A DNA stretch of 64,000 nucleotides from an uncultured Bacteroides sp. (GCA_964508865.1 CAZDVP010000001.1:626-64625), one strand, 5' to 3'; counted from the stretch's first letter, positions 24,030 to 33,358 are shown. A program made the numbers and translations. Notes: a model not told the origin generated them from the letters alone.

Positions 24030-26018
24030 TTATTTGAATTGGGAGATCGTATCGCTGGCTAAGGAATCGTCATAGCCATGAGCGACATTCCAACGATGAA
24101 CTTTTCGAGCAGAGAAAAGGTTCTTAGTCATCTTCACATCTGAGCCTTGAATCTGACGTTCCGTTTGCGATAAGGTAGCAAGAAATTCTTCGACTGGTAT
24201 CTCTTGCTCGTTGCACCACATCACTACCGAGCCTTTGTAGATATATCCTGGGAGAGAGCGGCCTTCTACTCGCTGTTGTTCGGTATTGGTGAAATACTCC
24301 GGTCGATACTCTGAGTCAAATCCAACGAAGGTCTGGTAAAATCTACGGATAATCGTTTCGATGGGAGTCAACCTCTCTTCGGCTCCATTCTCCATGAGAT
24401 TTTTAGTAAACGCTCTGTCAAGTCGGGTCTCGGCTGCAATCTCTGAACGAGTCTTGGGAACTGGAGTGTTCTCAATAACCGTAGCCTCGATGTTCCGAAA
24501 GCGTTTCAAAGAGACCTTTAACCCACGCTTGCCATCGACCTCAGCCTCTTCCCAATCGAAGATGAAATGAGGTTGGAGATCTTCGATGGATGTGAAGCCA
24601 AGTTTGTAGGTGCCGTATGAATCCTCATACACCCCCTTCTCAACGGCACCGGCCATATCGTCATAGATTTGCTCGGCCAGTTTCAAAAGGTCTTCTACTG
24701 GAAGTACAGCATCAATCATTTTGAGGTCGTTGATAGAGTCGCTTTCAATCGGATCTCCATTCTCGTCATAATCCCTCGTATCGTAGTTCTCGGCATAGAG
24801 ATCCCAGCAACCCCACCAAAACAGATTGATGAATAATTTAACTGGAGAATCGTATGTGACAGCCGGATCAAGAGATGCAGTTATTTTCTGTGCTTCCGAT
24901 TCAGTGAAGTAAGGCTTGGTCTTATAGGGATTGTTGATTTTAGGTTTAACCTGGGAAATACGAGTGGAACGTTTTCCAAAGGGTTCTTCACCATTCAATT
25001 CAACAATTCCCAGAGAATCCTCAAATTCTTCAGAATCCGAAGAAGGCTGGAAGCCTTCCACATTGGATAGGGGTTTAAGGGGGAAGTCCTCTTCCCCCTT
25101 TTCAACAGGCGAAGCTGGTTTATTATTTATTTTATTATATATATTATTACTGTTGTGCAGAAATGCACAGCTTTTTGGCCCTTCGGTGTGCATTTCTGCA
25201 CACCCCCCTGTGTAAAAATGCACAGCCAGTTGAGCCAAAGTGCAGAGCAAATTCTGGTCAATTTTGGTGTTTTCTGAGAAACTCCCAGTGTAAAATGACT
25301 CTTTCATGGATTCGTACTCATCGTTGTGCATTTCTGCACAGGGAGTGGTAGAAAATACCATATCAAAAGTGGTTTTGTCTGTGCATTTTTGCACAATCTC
25401 TGCGAACTGCTGAAGAAATCTGTGCATTTTTACACCGGTGTGTGTGCTTTTACACATAGTTGTGTATTTCTGCACACCGTTGTGTATTTCTGCACAACTT
25501 TCGCTTTCTGAATCGTTTTGCTGTGCATTTTTACACACCTCTGTGTATTTTTGCACAGGGTTGAGCATAATTGACGATCCTTGTAGGCCGGCAAGTTCTT
25601 TTCGACACCCTTGCTCTATGGCTCCTTCCAGTGCTGAGATTCCTTCTTTTTTGAATCGCTGGGTGAAAGAGTTCTGTTCTGTGTAATCAAGGGACTCGAA
25701 GTGTTTGACAAGACTGACAAATTCATCGCCATTAAAGATGATGGCATTGGGCCGCGTCTTAATTAGTCCAAGACCTTCCAGTTTCGCAAGAGAAGCGGTA
25801 ACTGTTCGCCGGTTGAGACCGAGAATTTCACTTATACGTTTTTGGCTTACAAATATTGTTTGCTCCAGTAATGAAGTCTTCATTTGCTGACGATACTCAT
25901 CCGCCAGATAGATGAGTATGATTTTGTCCGGAGCGGATTCTGCCAACTGAAAAATCGCTTTGTAGTATAATCCGTACCGAACTGTTTTTGGTTCAGGATT
26001 TGACATAGCGCATTTCAA
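24030..26018 (-). CDS. wHTH replication-initiator-like protein with internal repeat region
   Basis: 662 aa. The N-terminus is winged-helix-like (VSQKRISEILGLNRRTVTASLAKLEGLGLIK). The central CAEMHN/VQKYT peptide repeats are encoded by the palindrome array. Confidence 0.6.
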   Translation of the reverse strand: MKCAMSNPEPKTVRYGLYYKAIFQLAESAPDKIILIYLADEYRQQMKTSLLEQTIFVSQKRISEILGLNRRTVTASLAKLEGLGLIKTRPNAIIFNGDEFVSLVKHFESLDYTEQNSFTQRFKKEGISALEGAIEQGCRKELAGLQGSSIMLNPVQKYTEVCKNAQQNDSESESCAEIHNGVQKYTTMCKSTHTGVKMHRFLQQFAEIVQKCTDKTTFDMVFSTTPCAEMHNDEYESMKESFYTGSFSENTKIDQNLLCTLAQLAVHFYTGGCAEMHTEGPKSCAFLHNSNNIYNKINNKPASPVEKGEEDFPLKPLSNVEGFQPSSDSEEFEDSLGIVELNGEEPFGKRSTRISQVKPKINNPYKTKPYFTESEAQKITASLDPAVTYDSPVKLFINLFWWGCWDLYAENYDTRDYDENGDPIESDSINDLKMIDAVLPVEDLLKLAEQIYDDMAGAVEKGVYEDSYGTYKLGFTSIEDLQPHFIFDWEEAEVDGKRGLKVSLKRFRNIEATVIENTPVPKTRSEIAAETRLDRAFTKNLMENGAEERLTPIETIIRRFYQTFVGFDSEYRPEYFTNTEQQRVEGRSLPGYIYKGSVVMWCNEQEIPVEEFLATLSQTERQIQGSDVKMTKNLFSARKVHRWNVAHGYDDSLASDTISQFK
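25154..25557. repeat. array of 11 copies of 16-bp palindrome TGTG[CT]A-N4-T[GA]CACA
   Basis: Copies start at 25154, 25187, 25209, 25325, 25380, 25421, 25441, 25461, 25481, 25522 and 25542, all inside the CDS. Confidence 0.75.
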
Positions 26019-26169
26019 TTTTTCGGTTGATCATCTGTTTTATTTTGGTATAGCCATGCTTTTTGGCATACCGGCCCACATTGGTGTTGTTCGGGACAAG
26101 CCAGGGGTTGTCTTCGGAAAATGCTTTTGCCATTTCATCGAAGGTCATCTGTGATTTAAGTTTATCCAT
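25993..26169 (-). CDS. small hypothetical protein (58 aa, below track cutoff)
   Basis: Hand translation gives MDKLKSQMTFDEMAKAFSEDNPWLVPNNTNVGRYAKKHGYTKIKQMINRKIEMRYVKS. It overlaps the start of 24030..26018. Confidence 0.4.
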   Translation of the reverse strand: MDKLKSQMTFDEMAKAFSEDNPWLVPNNTNVGRYAKKHGYTKIKQMINRKIEMRYVKS

Positions 26170-26250
26170 TTTGAGGAGTTTCTGCTGTATATGAATAGTT
26201 GAAGTTTACCATGTAGGTTTCAGTTAACCGAGTTTTTATTCGATTAAAAA

Positions 26251-26272
26251 TGGCCGGCCATAAGACCGGCCA
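26251..26272 (-). terminator. intrinsic terminator hairpin
   Basis: A 7-bp stem tggccgg/ccggcca followed by TTTTT on the minus strand. It lies downstream of 26286..26864. Confidence 0.5.
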
Positions 26273-26285
26273 CCCAATAGTCAAG

Positions 26286-26864
26286 TTATCGGACTTTGCC
26301 TATTTTATAGATAATACCTCCGATGAAATTTCCCACTACTGTTCCGATATAGGCTAATGCAGCTGACCAGGATAACGCCTCCCAACCAACGGAGTAGTAG
26401 AAGGCATCAGCGACTGAGTGGGTAAATCCGCAAAGCACAAATGCCGGGATTCCGATAAGCAATGGCCAAGGGGTTTTCTTCCAAGTGCTGACGGCCAATG
26501 TCATTATGTAACCGCAACCGGCACCTCTCGCCATACATTCCAGGAATCCCCAATCTGTACGTTGCTCGACGATGGATTGACAACTGCTGATAATGTCCGG
26601 ATTGAATGAAGTCCAGAATGACATCAAGATACAGCCGATAATATTTCCGATAAGGACGATGAGTGAGAGCAGTACGTCTGAAAATTCCTTTGTACGTTTG
26701 ATTGCTCCAGTGTAGAGCACGAAACTGAACGTGCATACCGACATGAGACCGATGCTGAATAGGACTGCTCCTAATGGGCCGGGGTACTGGAGGCTCATAT
26801 AAGCCCCCAGCGATATTGCGGCCCCGCCCAGCATAAGGTTTAGGATTTGTTTAATGATTTTCAT
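26286..26864 (-). CDS. formate/nitrite transporter (FNT)-like membrane protein, short form
   Basis: 192 aa and multi-pass. LCGFTHSVADAFY resembles the FNT signature GFEHSIAN. Confidence 0.5.
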   Translation of the reverse strand: MKIIKQILNLMLGGAAISLGAYMSLQYPGPLGAVLFSIGLMSVCTFSFVLYTGAIKRTKEFSDVLLSLIVLIGNIIGCILMSFWTSFNPDIISSCQSIVEQRTDWGFLECMARGAGCGYIMTLAVSTWKKTPWPLLIGIPAFVLCGFTHSVADAFYYSVGWEALSWSAALAYIGTVVGNFIGGIIYKIGKVR

Positions 26865-26875
26865 ATATTTCGTTG

Positions 26876-27241
26876 TTAGATGAATATTGCTACTACGATG
26901 ATGATGCTGATGCTTGGGAGTTCCATGTCACTCACTGGTTCGAGGATCTGTGCCCTTGTGCGTTTCCAAAATGCAGCACGTTTATGGGCACTATGGAGTT
27001 TAGCCATTTCTGTGTGCCATTCTTCGATTTCTTTGAATGGGTTACGGTTGTTTCGGACCGGATATGGAGATTCAACTGAATCTTGTATTTGCCGATTGAG
27101 AGCTTCGAGTTGAACGGTAAGCGTTTCAATTGATTGTTGTTGTGCGGCTATTACTTCGTTGAGCTGATCAACGGCTTCAACAACTGCGCAACACGACTGA
27201 CCAAAGGCCAGTGCAATGGCTGTGAGGACGGAAGACATCAT
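26876..27241 (-). CDS. membrane-anchored coiled-coil protein
   Basis: 121 aa with hydrophobic N- and C-termini around a central coiled coil. Confidence 0.5.
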   Translation of the reverse strand: MMSSVLTAIALAFGQSCCAVVEAVDQLNEVIAAQQQSIETLTVQLEALNRQIQDSVESPYPVRNNRNPFKEIEEWHTEMAKLHSAHKRAAFWKRTRAQILEPVSDMELPSISIIIVVAIFI

Positions 27242-27447
27242 AACTGGAAGGGATTTGGATTTATTAGTGTGAAGTAATCTTTAATACACTTGGGAGTGTA
27301 CTTCTTGTCATTTGCATGAGCCTCACATTCTTTGCGAATTGGGCATTGTTTACACTTTTCTTCGTGTAGTGCAATGATCACGCGAAACATTGCGTATAGC
27401 ACTCCCAGTAGAAAGAGGACTGCTACAATTCCGATGAGTATTTTCAT
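27238..27447 (-). CDS. small single-pass membrane protein
   Basis: 69 aa with an N-terminal TM segment and a Cys-rich tail. Confidence 0.5.
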   Translation of the reverse strand: MKILIGIVAVLFLLGVLYAMFRVIIALHEEKCKQCPIRKECEAHANDKKYTPKCIKDYFTLINPNPFQL

Positions 27448-27809
27448 TTTGGTTTGATTTTGGTAAAGTCGGTTTTGATAAGAAGGTCAATATTGCGAAT
27501 CATCTCCTGGCAAACGGCGGCATCTTCATAGTGTTCACTACGAACTGCCGTTTCAAGGACATTAAAGAGATAGGGTCTAAGAGCTGCCAGGATATAATGT
27601 AGACACGCGGAATCGTGATTGGCCCGGATATTCCATGTCTCGTATATCTCCTTTTGAAAGTTTGCGATGTCGGAATACTGTTTGCTGACTTTTTTAGCAA
27701 GTCTTTCCATTGTTTTTCTTTGGGCTATTCGAGTTTCACGAATCTCGATAAGCAACCTAATGATTGCTAACGCCAGCAGACCCATAAGTCCGAGATTAAA
27801 AATTGACAT
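27444..27809 (-). CDS. N-terminally anchored membrane protein
   Basis: 121 aa with an N-terminal TM helix. Confidence 0.5.
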   Translation of the reverse strand: MSIFNLGLMGLLALAIIRLLIEIRETRIAQRKTMERLAKKVSKQYSDIANFQKEIYETWNIRANHDSACLHYILAALRPYLFNVLETAVRSEHYEDAAVCQEMIRNIDLLIKTDFTKIKPK

Positions 27810-28353
27810 ACATTTCCTCTTTGTTGATAAAACTTTCGCACATTTCGCTTCCTATGGTATATTTTTTGGGTATGCGGTTCCACGGCCCATTGGGTTCTGA
27901 TATTTCTGGGCGGTACCAAAAACAGTGGTAACGGTCGAAACAGCCTTTGGAATTGCAATATGGAGCGCAATATTCTTTTATCCGGAAGTAGGTTTCAGCG
28001 GATATGAAGCGATATTGGTCTGGCAATAGCTGAGAGAAAGCTGCCGGCACCCTTGCTTTGAAGACTGGAGCAATGCAAGTGACGATTTCTTTGTTCGTCA
28101 TATCATACGCAAACGTGATACCTCTTCTCCGAATGTTACGGCGGTCTATCTCCCTACGGTCAGGCGCAAAAGCATATAACGCCCCTGAAACGATGGCCGT
28201 TCCTGGAGTCGGGTCTTCGATATAACCCTTCCAGTACGCGCAATCGAAACAAAGGCGTTCTGCTCTCATCCTTTTACTGATACCTTTGTAGGCACAGTAA
28301 AGGTCGAGATCAAATATTTGTCCGCAATGTGTGCAATGAATTTGCTGCGCCAT
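27796..28353 (-). CDS. Cys-rich hypothetical protein
   Basis: 185 aa with CTHCGQ...CFDCAYW. Confidence 0.55.
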   Translation of the reverse strand: MAQQIHCTHCGQIFDLDLYCAYKGISKRMRAERLCFDCAYWKGYIEDPTPGTAIVSGALYAFAPDRREIDRRNIRRRGITFAYDMTNKEIVTCIAPVFKARVPAAFSQLLPDQYRFISAETYFRIKEYCAPYCNSKGCFDRYHCFWYRPEISEPNGPWNRIPKKYTIGSEMCESFINKEEMYVNF

Positions 28354-28441
28354 GCCCTTGCCAAACTATTACCATAGTCGGTATTGTGCTTAATGTGAAG
28401 ATGCAAGGGCGCATAATGCGCTTCAATTTGTGGGTGACGAG

Positions 28442-29029
28442 TTAAACGTCTATAGAGTTGAAGATATTGTTAATCTCCGATTGAGTGATCCCAATATAGG
28501 TTTTTGTGGTCTGAATACTGGTATGATTCAGAATCTTATTAAGCAGAATGAGGCTTTCAGCACTTCTATTTTGTGACTCATACACATATCGGCCGAATGT
28601 TTTTCGGAATGTGTGGGTGGAGAAATGATCAATCTTCAGTTTGTATTTGGTCTTAAAGGCTTTTAACCGCTGATTGATATACTGGATGGTAACAGGCTTT
28701 TCCGGATCGAAACTTGGAAGAATAAAATCTTTCATGTCGGGTCGGCCACATAATTCATAAAGTTCTCTGAATTTTTTCTGAACTGACGGGTTCAGGGGAA
28801 TATTTCGAGCCTTTTTGGTTTTTTTCTCCACTACGTTAATGGAAGTCTTGTTTAACAGATCCTTCCATCTGAACTGGATAACGTCACTCACACGGCAAGC
28901 GGTACAAAATGAGACACGAGCATACATCTCCCATTTGTATTTACCATCAGCGTGAAGACAGTCCAAAAATCTCTTATACTCTTCGTGATCAAGATGTTCG
29001 CTGGTTGTTAATTGACTTTTCTTTGCCAT
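28442..29029 (-). CDS. tyrosine recombinase (catalytic domain only, 195 aa)
   Basis: Contains ARNIPL (Arg I), HTFRKTFG (HxxR) and LNHTSIQTTKTYI (catalytic Tyr). There is no separate N-terminal DNA-binding domain. Confidence 0.7.
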   Translation of the reverse strand: MAKKSQLTTSEHLDHEEYKRFLDCLHADGKYKWEMYARVSFCTACRVSDVIQFRWKDLLNKTSINVVEKKTKKARNIPLNPSVQKKFRELYELCGRPDMKDFILPSFDPEKPVTIQYINQRLKAFKTKYKLKIDHFSTHTFRKTFGRYVYESQNRSAESLILLNKILNHTSIQTTKTYIGITQSEINNIFNSIDV

Positions 29030-29049
29030 AGTGTTTCAGTTTTATATTG

Positions 29050-29057
29050 CAAAGTTA
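29050..29057 (-). promoter_or_regulatory. -7 promoter box TAACTTTG (CTAACTTTGC)
   Basis: It lies 21 nt upstream of the recombinase ATG. Confidence 0.45.
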
Positions 29058-29152
29058 GAAAAAGAAACTGATATAACAAAGAAATAGCACGAAAAAATGT
29101 GCTTTTGAGGCAATATTTTTCGCGCTATAATTTTAGATGAAATGATGTCTGA

Positions 29153-31084
29153 TTACAAATCTTTGAATTGATCAAGCGTAAGTATTGAAATTCCAAGCGA
29201 TTTAGCCTTTGCCATCTTGGATGATGTGGAGTTCATGTCAGCCACGATGAGATGCGTGGTTTTCTTAGAAACTCCACTGACAATTTCTCCACCGTTAGCA
29301 ACGATGTCCCCCTCCAGCTCTTTGTCACGGACTCCAGTGAAGCATACTTTCATTCCTTGATATTTTGTACCAGTCGGCTGGGCCGGTTTTTCACGAGGGA
29401 GAATGACAAGTCTGTTTTCTGTGATGAAATCATAAAATTTTTGGATCCCTTTGAAGAACGATTGCCAGGTCTTAGACAGGGTAGCCAAATCTTCAGACGT
29501 TAGGTTATCAGTCCTTGCTCTGCCGATGATAAACTTGAACTCGTCTTCTGGACTTAGTTCCTCCAGAATCTTTTTGGCTTTGACCTGTCCGATGCCCTCG
29601 AAACAGTCTGAAGCGTGCATGAGTTTTGTTACCTCAACACCTTCTCTGATTTTGGAGTTTGTGGTGAGGATAACGTTGGCGATACTGTCTCCGATTCCTT
29701 CAATGTCCGTTAGCTCTTCGTATGTTATGTCGAGAAATTCTCGTAACGAGCGATAACCGGCATTGAAGATTCTTGTTAGGGTTTCCTCCCCCATGTTCTC
29801 GGCTTCAAGTATTGAATAGAAGAATATGATTTTGGAGAGGGTGCGGCCACGACATTCGAGATTAGGACATCGCAACTCTACCTTAGATTCATTCCATGTA
29901 AGAGAGGATCCACAATGCGGACACACTTGTAAGCCATTCCACATCGCCAGGATGGATTCTTTGGCGGCTGGCTCAATCGTATGGAGTATTTTGGGTATCA
30001 CCCCACCGGATCTTGTGACTTCCACGATGGCTCCCGGTGCGATTCGGTTTTCTTGAATGTATCGAGCATTATATCCGGTCGGATTCTCCATCTCACAATC
30101 TCCAGTGTCAACCATGTCGATTTTAACTACTGGTTTAAGGGCACCGATTTTGCTTATAGCCCAATTTACTTCTTTAACCTTGGTCGTAAAGGTGTCAGTA
30201 AAACTGGGGTGTTTGTACGCTATTGCATAGTTGGGATTGCCACTGGTGGCTTTGCGCCCAAGCCTTTCCCATTGCTCCAGGTCATTGACATATATGACAA
30301 GGCCGTCGATGAAGTATTTGTTAGACCACTCTTGGAAGAGGTTGTACAGGATTTCTTGCGTGAGTTTGTCGGCAGTTGTAGTCAAAGCCAGACATTCCTG
30401 ATTGTAGGTACCTGTGAGTAATTTGTACAACTCATAGTATGTGTCAAATTCATGCAGCGATTGTTCATCTACACCATATCGCACGAAAGATGTGTGTTGC
30501 AGTTCATCTGCTGGCGTGTCTCTGTTGAGGAAACCGGCCACAGTGTTGCGTGGAGATTTGTATTTCTCCTGAGAGTATGGGGAAATCTTTCCGGCAAAAA
30601 ATGTGTCCCAGGCAAAGCGGCTGAAGACCAATTCGCCATAGGTGTAGCGAATATCTTTCGGTAAGCTGTTCTGCATGATGTTTCCGATTTTCCGTGCGTG
30701 TAAGGTACAGTCTTGTCCTTCGTTTTCCGCACCTCCTCTGGAAAATGCTTGTTTGGTCTTCTGGTCAAAGAGCAGAGAAAGACCATCATACTTGGGAGTA
30801 ATCACCAGAGAGGGGTTTTTGATACCCAATGATTTTACCCAATTCTGAAGGTCATCTAAGTTCTTTACTTTATCGAGTGATTTCATGGGCACCGGCAGCT
30901 TGGTTTTTCTGTTGATGCTTACTGTAACCGGCTCAATTTGTGAGAACCAAGAGTTATTGGGGTCAAGTGCTCGGAGTTCGTCAACGAGTTTGTCGTATTC
31001 GCCATCTGAAATCTTGGGACAACCACGACGATACAGGTTGTTGTGATACTTGATGCTTTCAAGTAGTTTATCAATCTTATTCAT
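29153..31084 (-). CDS. ligA: NAD-dependent DNA ligase
   Basis: 643 aa with the adenylation motif KYDGLS, the Zn finger CPHCGS...CPNLEC, HhH repeats, and a C-terminal BRCT domain (VCFTGVRDKELE...HLIVAD). Confidence 0.9.
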   Translation of the reverse strand: MNKIDKLLESIKYHNNLYRRGCPKISDGEYDKLVDELRALDPNNSWFSQIEPVTVSINRKTKLPVPMKSLDKVKNLDDLQNWVKSLGIKNPSLVITPKYDGLSLLFDQKTKQAFSRGGAENEGQDCTLHARKIGNIMQNSLPKDIRYTYGELVFSRFAWDTFFAGKISPYSQEKYKSPRNTVAGFLNRDTPADELQHTSFVRYGVDEQSLHEFDTYYELYKLLTGTYNQECLALTTTADKLTQEILYNLFQEWSNKYFIDGLVIYVNDLEQWERLGRKATSGNPNYAIAYKHPSFTDTFTTKVKEVNWAISKIGALKPVVKIDMVDTGDCEMENPTGYNARYIQENRIAPGAIVEVTRSGGVIPKILHTIEPAAKESILAMWNGLQVCPHCGSSLTWNESKVELRCPNLECRGRTLSKIIFFYSILEAENMGEETLTRIFNAGYRSLREFLDITYEELTDIEGIGDSIANVILTTNSKIREGVEVTKLMHASDCFEGIGQVKAKKILEELSPEDEFKFIIGRARTDNLTSEDLATLSKTWQSFFKGIQKFYDFITENRLVILPREKPAQPTGTKYQGMKVCFTGVRDKELEGDIVANGGEIVSGVSKKTTHLIVADMNSTSSKMAKAKSLGISILTLDQFKDL

Positions 31085-31436
31085 GTGATGTAGGTGCTAA
31101 AACATTGATAGTTGCCTCAACGAGGTAGAAATTACTATCGTAATCATGGTCTCTTACTTCACACTCAACAACATCTTCCCAGTTAGCTTCTTCGATTAGT
31201 CGATTTTTTACATTTCGGATAATTGTTTGGAGCATTTGGTCTCTTTCGGATTCAATGATTCCGTCAATGATGTGTTTTGGCACCATCTGTGAGAAACGTG
31301 CTTTCCTTACATCATATCGACGTTCATGTAGCGATGAGAAGTCGAGTTGATTTGTATCTGGAGCAAAGGCATCCGAAGATAGTTTTTTGGCTATCTTCAT
31401 AAGCCATTTGGCAATGAAATCTTTGATTTTTTTCAT
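31077..31436 (-). CDS. hypothetical protein
   Basis: 119-aa ORF that overlaps the ligase start. Confidence 0.55.
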   Translation of the reverse strand: MKKIKDFIAKWLMKIAKKLSSDAFAPDTNQLDFSSLHERRYDVRKARFSQMVPKHIIDGIIESERDQMLQTIIRNVKNRLIEEANWEDVVECEVRDHDYDSNFYLVEATINVLAPTSHE

Positions 31437-31483
31437 AAGGCATGATTATGGAGCGTGGATTTTTCCACGCTCCGTTGTTCGGT

Positions 31484-31942
31484 TTAGTTGATTCCGGTGT
31501 GGCTGTAGGCTCCTTCGCCTCGCTCTGTTGAGTTGAGTTCTGAGGCTTCTTCCCATTCAATTTGAGTGTATTCTTTGATTACCAGCTGTGCGACTCGCAT
31601 ACCTGAAGTGATGTGGAACGTCTCAACGCTGTGGTTGATTAAGATGATTCCAATCTCGCCGCGATAGTCAGCGTCTACGGTGCCGGGAGTGTTTAGGACG
31701 GTTATTCCCTGCTTCAGTGCGAGGCCACCACGAGGGCGTACCTGACATTCGTAGCCGTGAGGCAGCTGGATGTAGAGGCCGGTGGGGATAAGGACACGGC
31801 CACCAGGGGGAAGGTCTACCGGGCCTCCGGGCAGATATGCGCGGACATCCATGCCGGCAGCTTCGGCTGTTTCATACTTGGGAAGGGGGTTGTCCGATTT
31901 ATTGATGATGCGGACGTTTACAGGTTCATTCTGGGTTTTCAT
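31484..31942 (-). CDS. dut: dUTP diphosphatase
   Basis: Contains AAGMDVRA, VRPRGGLALKQGI, GTVDADYRGEIGIILIN and ERGEGAYSHTG. Confidence 0.9.
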   Translation of the reverse strand: MKTQNEPVNVRIINKSDNPLPKYETAEAAGMDVRAYLPGGPVDLPPGGRVLIPTGLYIQLPHGYECQVRPRGGLALKQGITVLNTPGTVDADYRGEIGIILINHSVETFHITSGMRVAQLVIKEYTQIEWEEASELNSTERGEGAYSHTGIN

Positions 31943-32285
31943 TGTTTGAAGATTTTTTATTGGTGTTGTATTTCATGCCTTTTCGACACATTGCTTTGGT
32001 CGGGTAATATTTTCGTTCCACTCCACAGAGTCGATCATATTCTTCAAGACGCAATACGCCTTCGTCTTCTTCACCCAATTCTATCTTTGGGTCAAGATGT
32101 CGGAAATAGAATCCGCAACAGGATATGCTATTACCGTTACAGGCCAATGTAATATTGGCTGGAGATGTGTGGAACATCTCAGCGGCAGCATTAACCGAGC
32201 AGATTTTAGAAATGTATCTTTTAAGTGGATTGAAGACGAGAACTCGTTTAGATAGTTTGTTATTCAGTGTTCCTTTCATGCTCAA
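31926..32285 (-). CDS. putative DNA-binding protein (NUMOD1/IENR-like HTH)
   Basis: 119 aa. SVNAAAEMFHTSPANITLACNGNSISCCGFYFR resembles the DNA-binding modules associated with homing endonucleases. Confidence 0.4.
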   Translation of the reverse strand: MSMKGTLNNKLSKRVLVFNPLKRYISKICSVNAAAEMFHTSPANITLACNGNSISCCGFYFRHLDPKIELGEEDEGVLRLEEYDRLCGVERKYYPTKAMCRKGMKYNTNKKSSNNENPE

Positions 32286-32718
32286 TTATCTGTTTTAAGA
32301 CCTCCGATGACAGTCTGTTACGAACAGACTGGACCAGATATGTATCTGAAACCGATATGCCCTGAGTGAGAATTTCGTGAGTTCGGTCACACATATAGGC
32401 CAGGAAGTCAGGTTCGACAAATGAGATGAAAAGGTAAACGAAATTACCGTCAATTAGAGAATGTCCTTCTTCATTGATTTTACATACATCTTCAGCTGCT
32501 ATATGATATGCGTTGCACAACGCTATAATTTGTGGCCGATACTGATTCCAAAAATGGGTAAGCGGCCTCGAAGGACTGAGTTGCTGAAGATATGAGGTAG
32601 CATCAAAATATGTTTTGTTGCTTGCCTCGTCTGTACCGAATAATATTTGCGGAAATTCTGCTAAGGCGACTTCGGTACATTTTAGTCTGATTTCGCCTTT
32701 AGCCGGCTGGCCAAGCAT
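32260..32718 (-). CDS. hypothetical protein
   Basis: 152-aa ORF. Confidence 0.55.
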   Translation of the reverse strand: MLGQPAKGEIRLKCTEVALAEFPQILFGTDEASNKTYFDATSYLQQLSPSRPLTHFWNQYRPQIIALCNAYHIAAEDVCKINEEGHSLIDGNFVYLFISFVEPDFLAYMCDRTHEILTQGISVSDTYLVQSVRNRLSSEVLKQIIEHERNTE

Positions 32719-33272
32719 TACTGCTTGTCATATTCCTGCGTCTTGCTCCGATGTACTTCAGTTGGCCAATAGATTGCTTCGGCCCTGTCAAATTTGGCAT
32801 CGCGGATAACGTAGTCCGACATTGTGTCGCGGAGATGCTCGATGATACGGTTGTTTGCATCAGCGTTAGAGGTTGCTGGCGTGTAGAAGGTCTCCGTAGT
32901 CTTTTTCTCTTTCGCTGTCTTTTCATCAATGGTGAAAAAGTCGGTTTTGACAGAATACAGACCCGTTCCACTGTTTTCGCTCTCAGAGAAGAAATTCCCG
33001 ATCATGCCGCACACCTGGTCTTCGTCTTGTTCCAGGATGTTGTTGTAAAGAACATCTGTGATTTTGGTTTTGATGATCTCAATGCTGATGTTTGAGAATC
33101 GGGTGCGGTCGTAAATTTCAGCCAATTTGTAGGCCACTTTCTCCGCTTCAGTGTAACTGGTAGCAAGCACCAGTTCCTCAATTTTGGTTTTTTGCAGAGT
33201 TCCATTCTCTTGCTCCTTAGTGTATTCCGTTTTGATTCGGAAGTAACTAAGACCTGTTTGGTTCTGTTCCAT
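32718..33272 (-). CDS. hypothetical protein (DUF4494-like pattern)
   Basis: 184 aa. YFRIKTEYTKEQENGTLQKTKIEELVLATSYTEAEKVA resembles the Bacteroidota DUF4494 family as I recall it, and this is not verified. It is the first gene of the minus-strand block. Confidence 0.5.
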   Translation of the reverse strand: MEQNQTGLSYFRIKTEYTKEQENGTLQKTKIEELVLATSYTEAEKVAYKLAEIYDRTRFSNISIEIIKTKITDVLYNNILEQDEDQVCGMIGNFFSESENSGTGLYSVKTDFFTIDEKTAKEKKTTETFYTPATSNADANNRIIEHLRDTMSDYVIRDAKFDRAEAIYWPTEVHRSKTQEYDKQ

Positions 33273-33310
33273 AAGGCTTGTTTTAGAAATTAAACTTGTA
33301 TTTGTCGCTG

Positions 33311-33318
33311 CAAAGATA
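33311..33318 (-). promoter_or_regulatory. -7 promoter box TATCTTTG
   Basis: Matches TAnnTTTG and lies about 40 nt upstream of the start at 33272, in the divergent control region. Confidence 0.4.
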
Positions 33319-33350
33319 CAAAATATTTCATTAACACACTAATAAAACTA

Positions 33351-33358
33351 TACTTTTG
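33351..33358 (+). promoter_or_regulatory. -7 promoter box TACTTTTG (late/structural block)
   Basis: Matches TAnnTTTG upstream of the portal gene. Confidence 0.35.
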
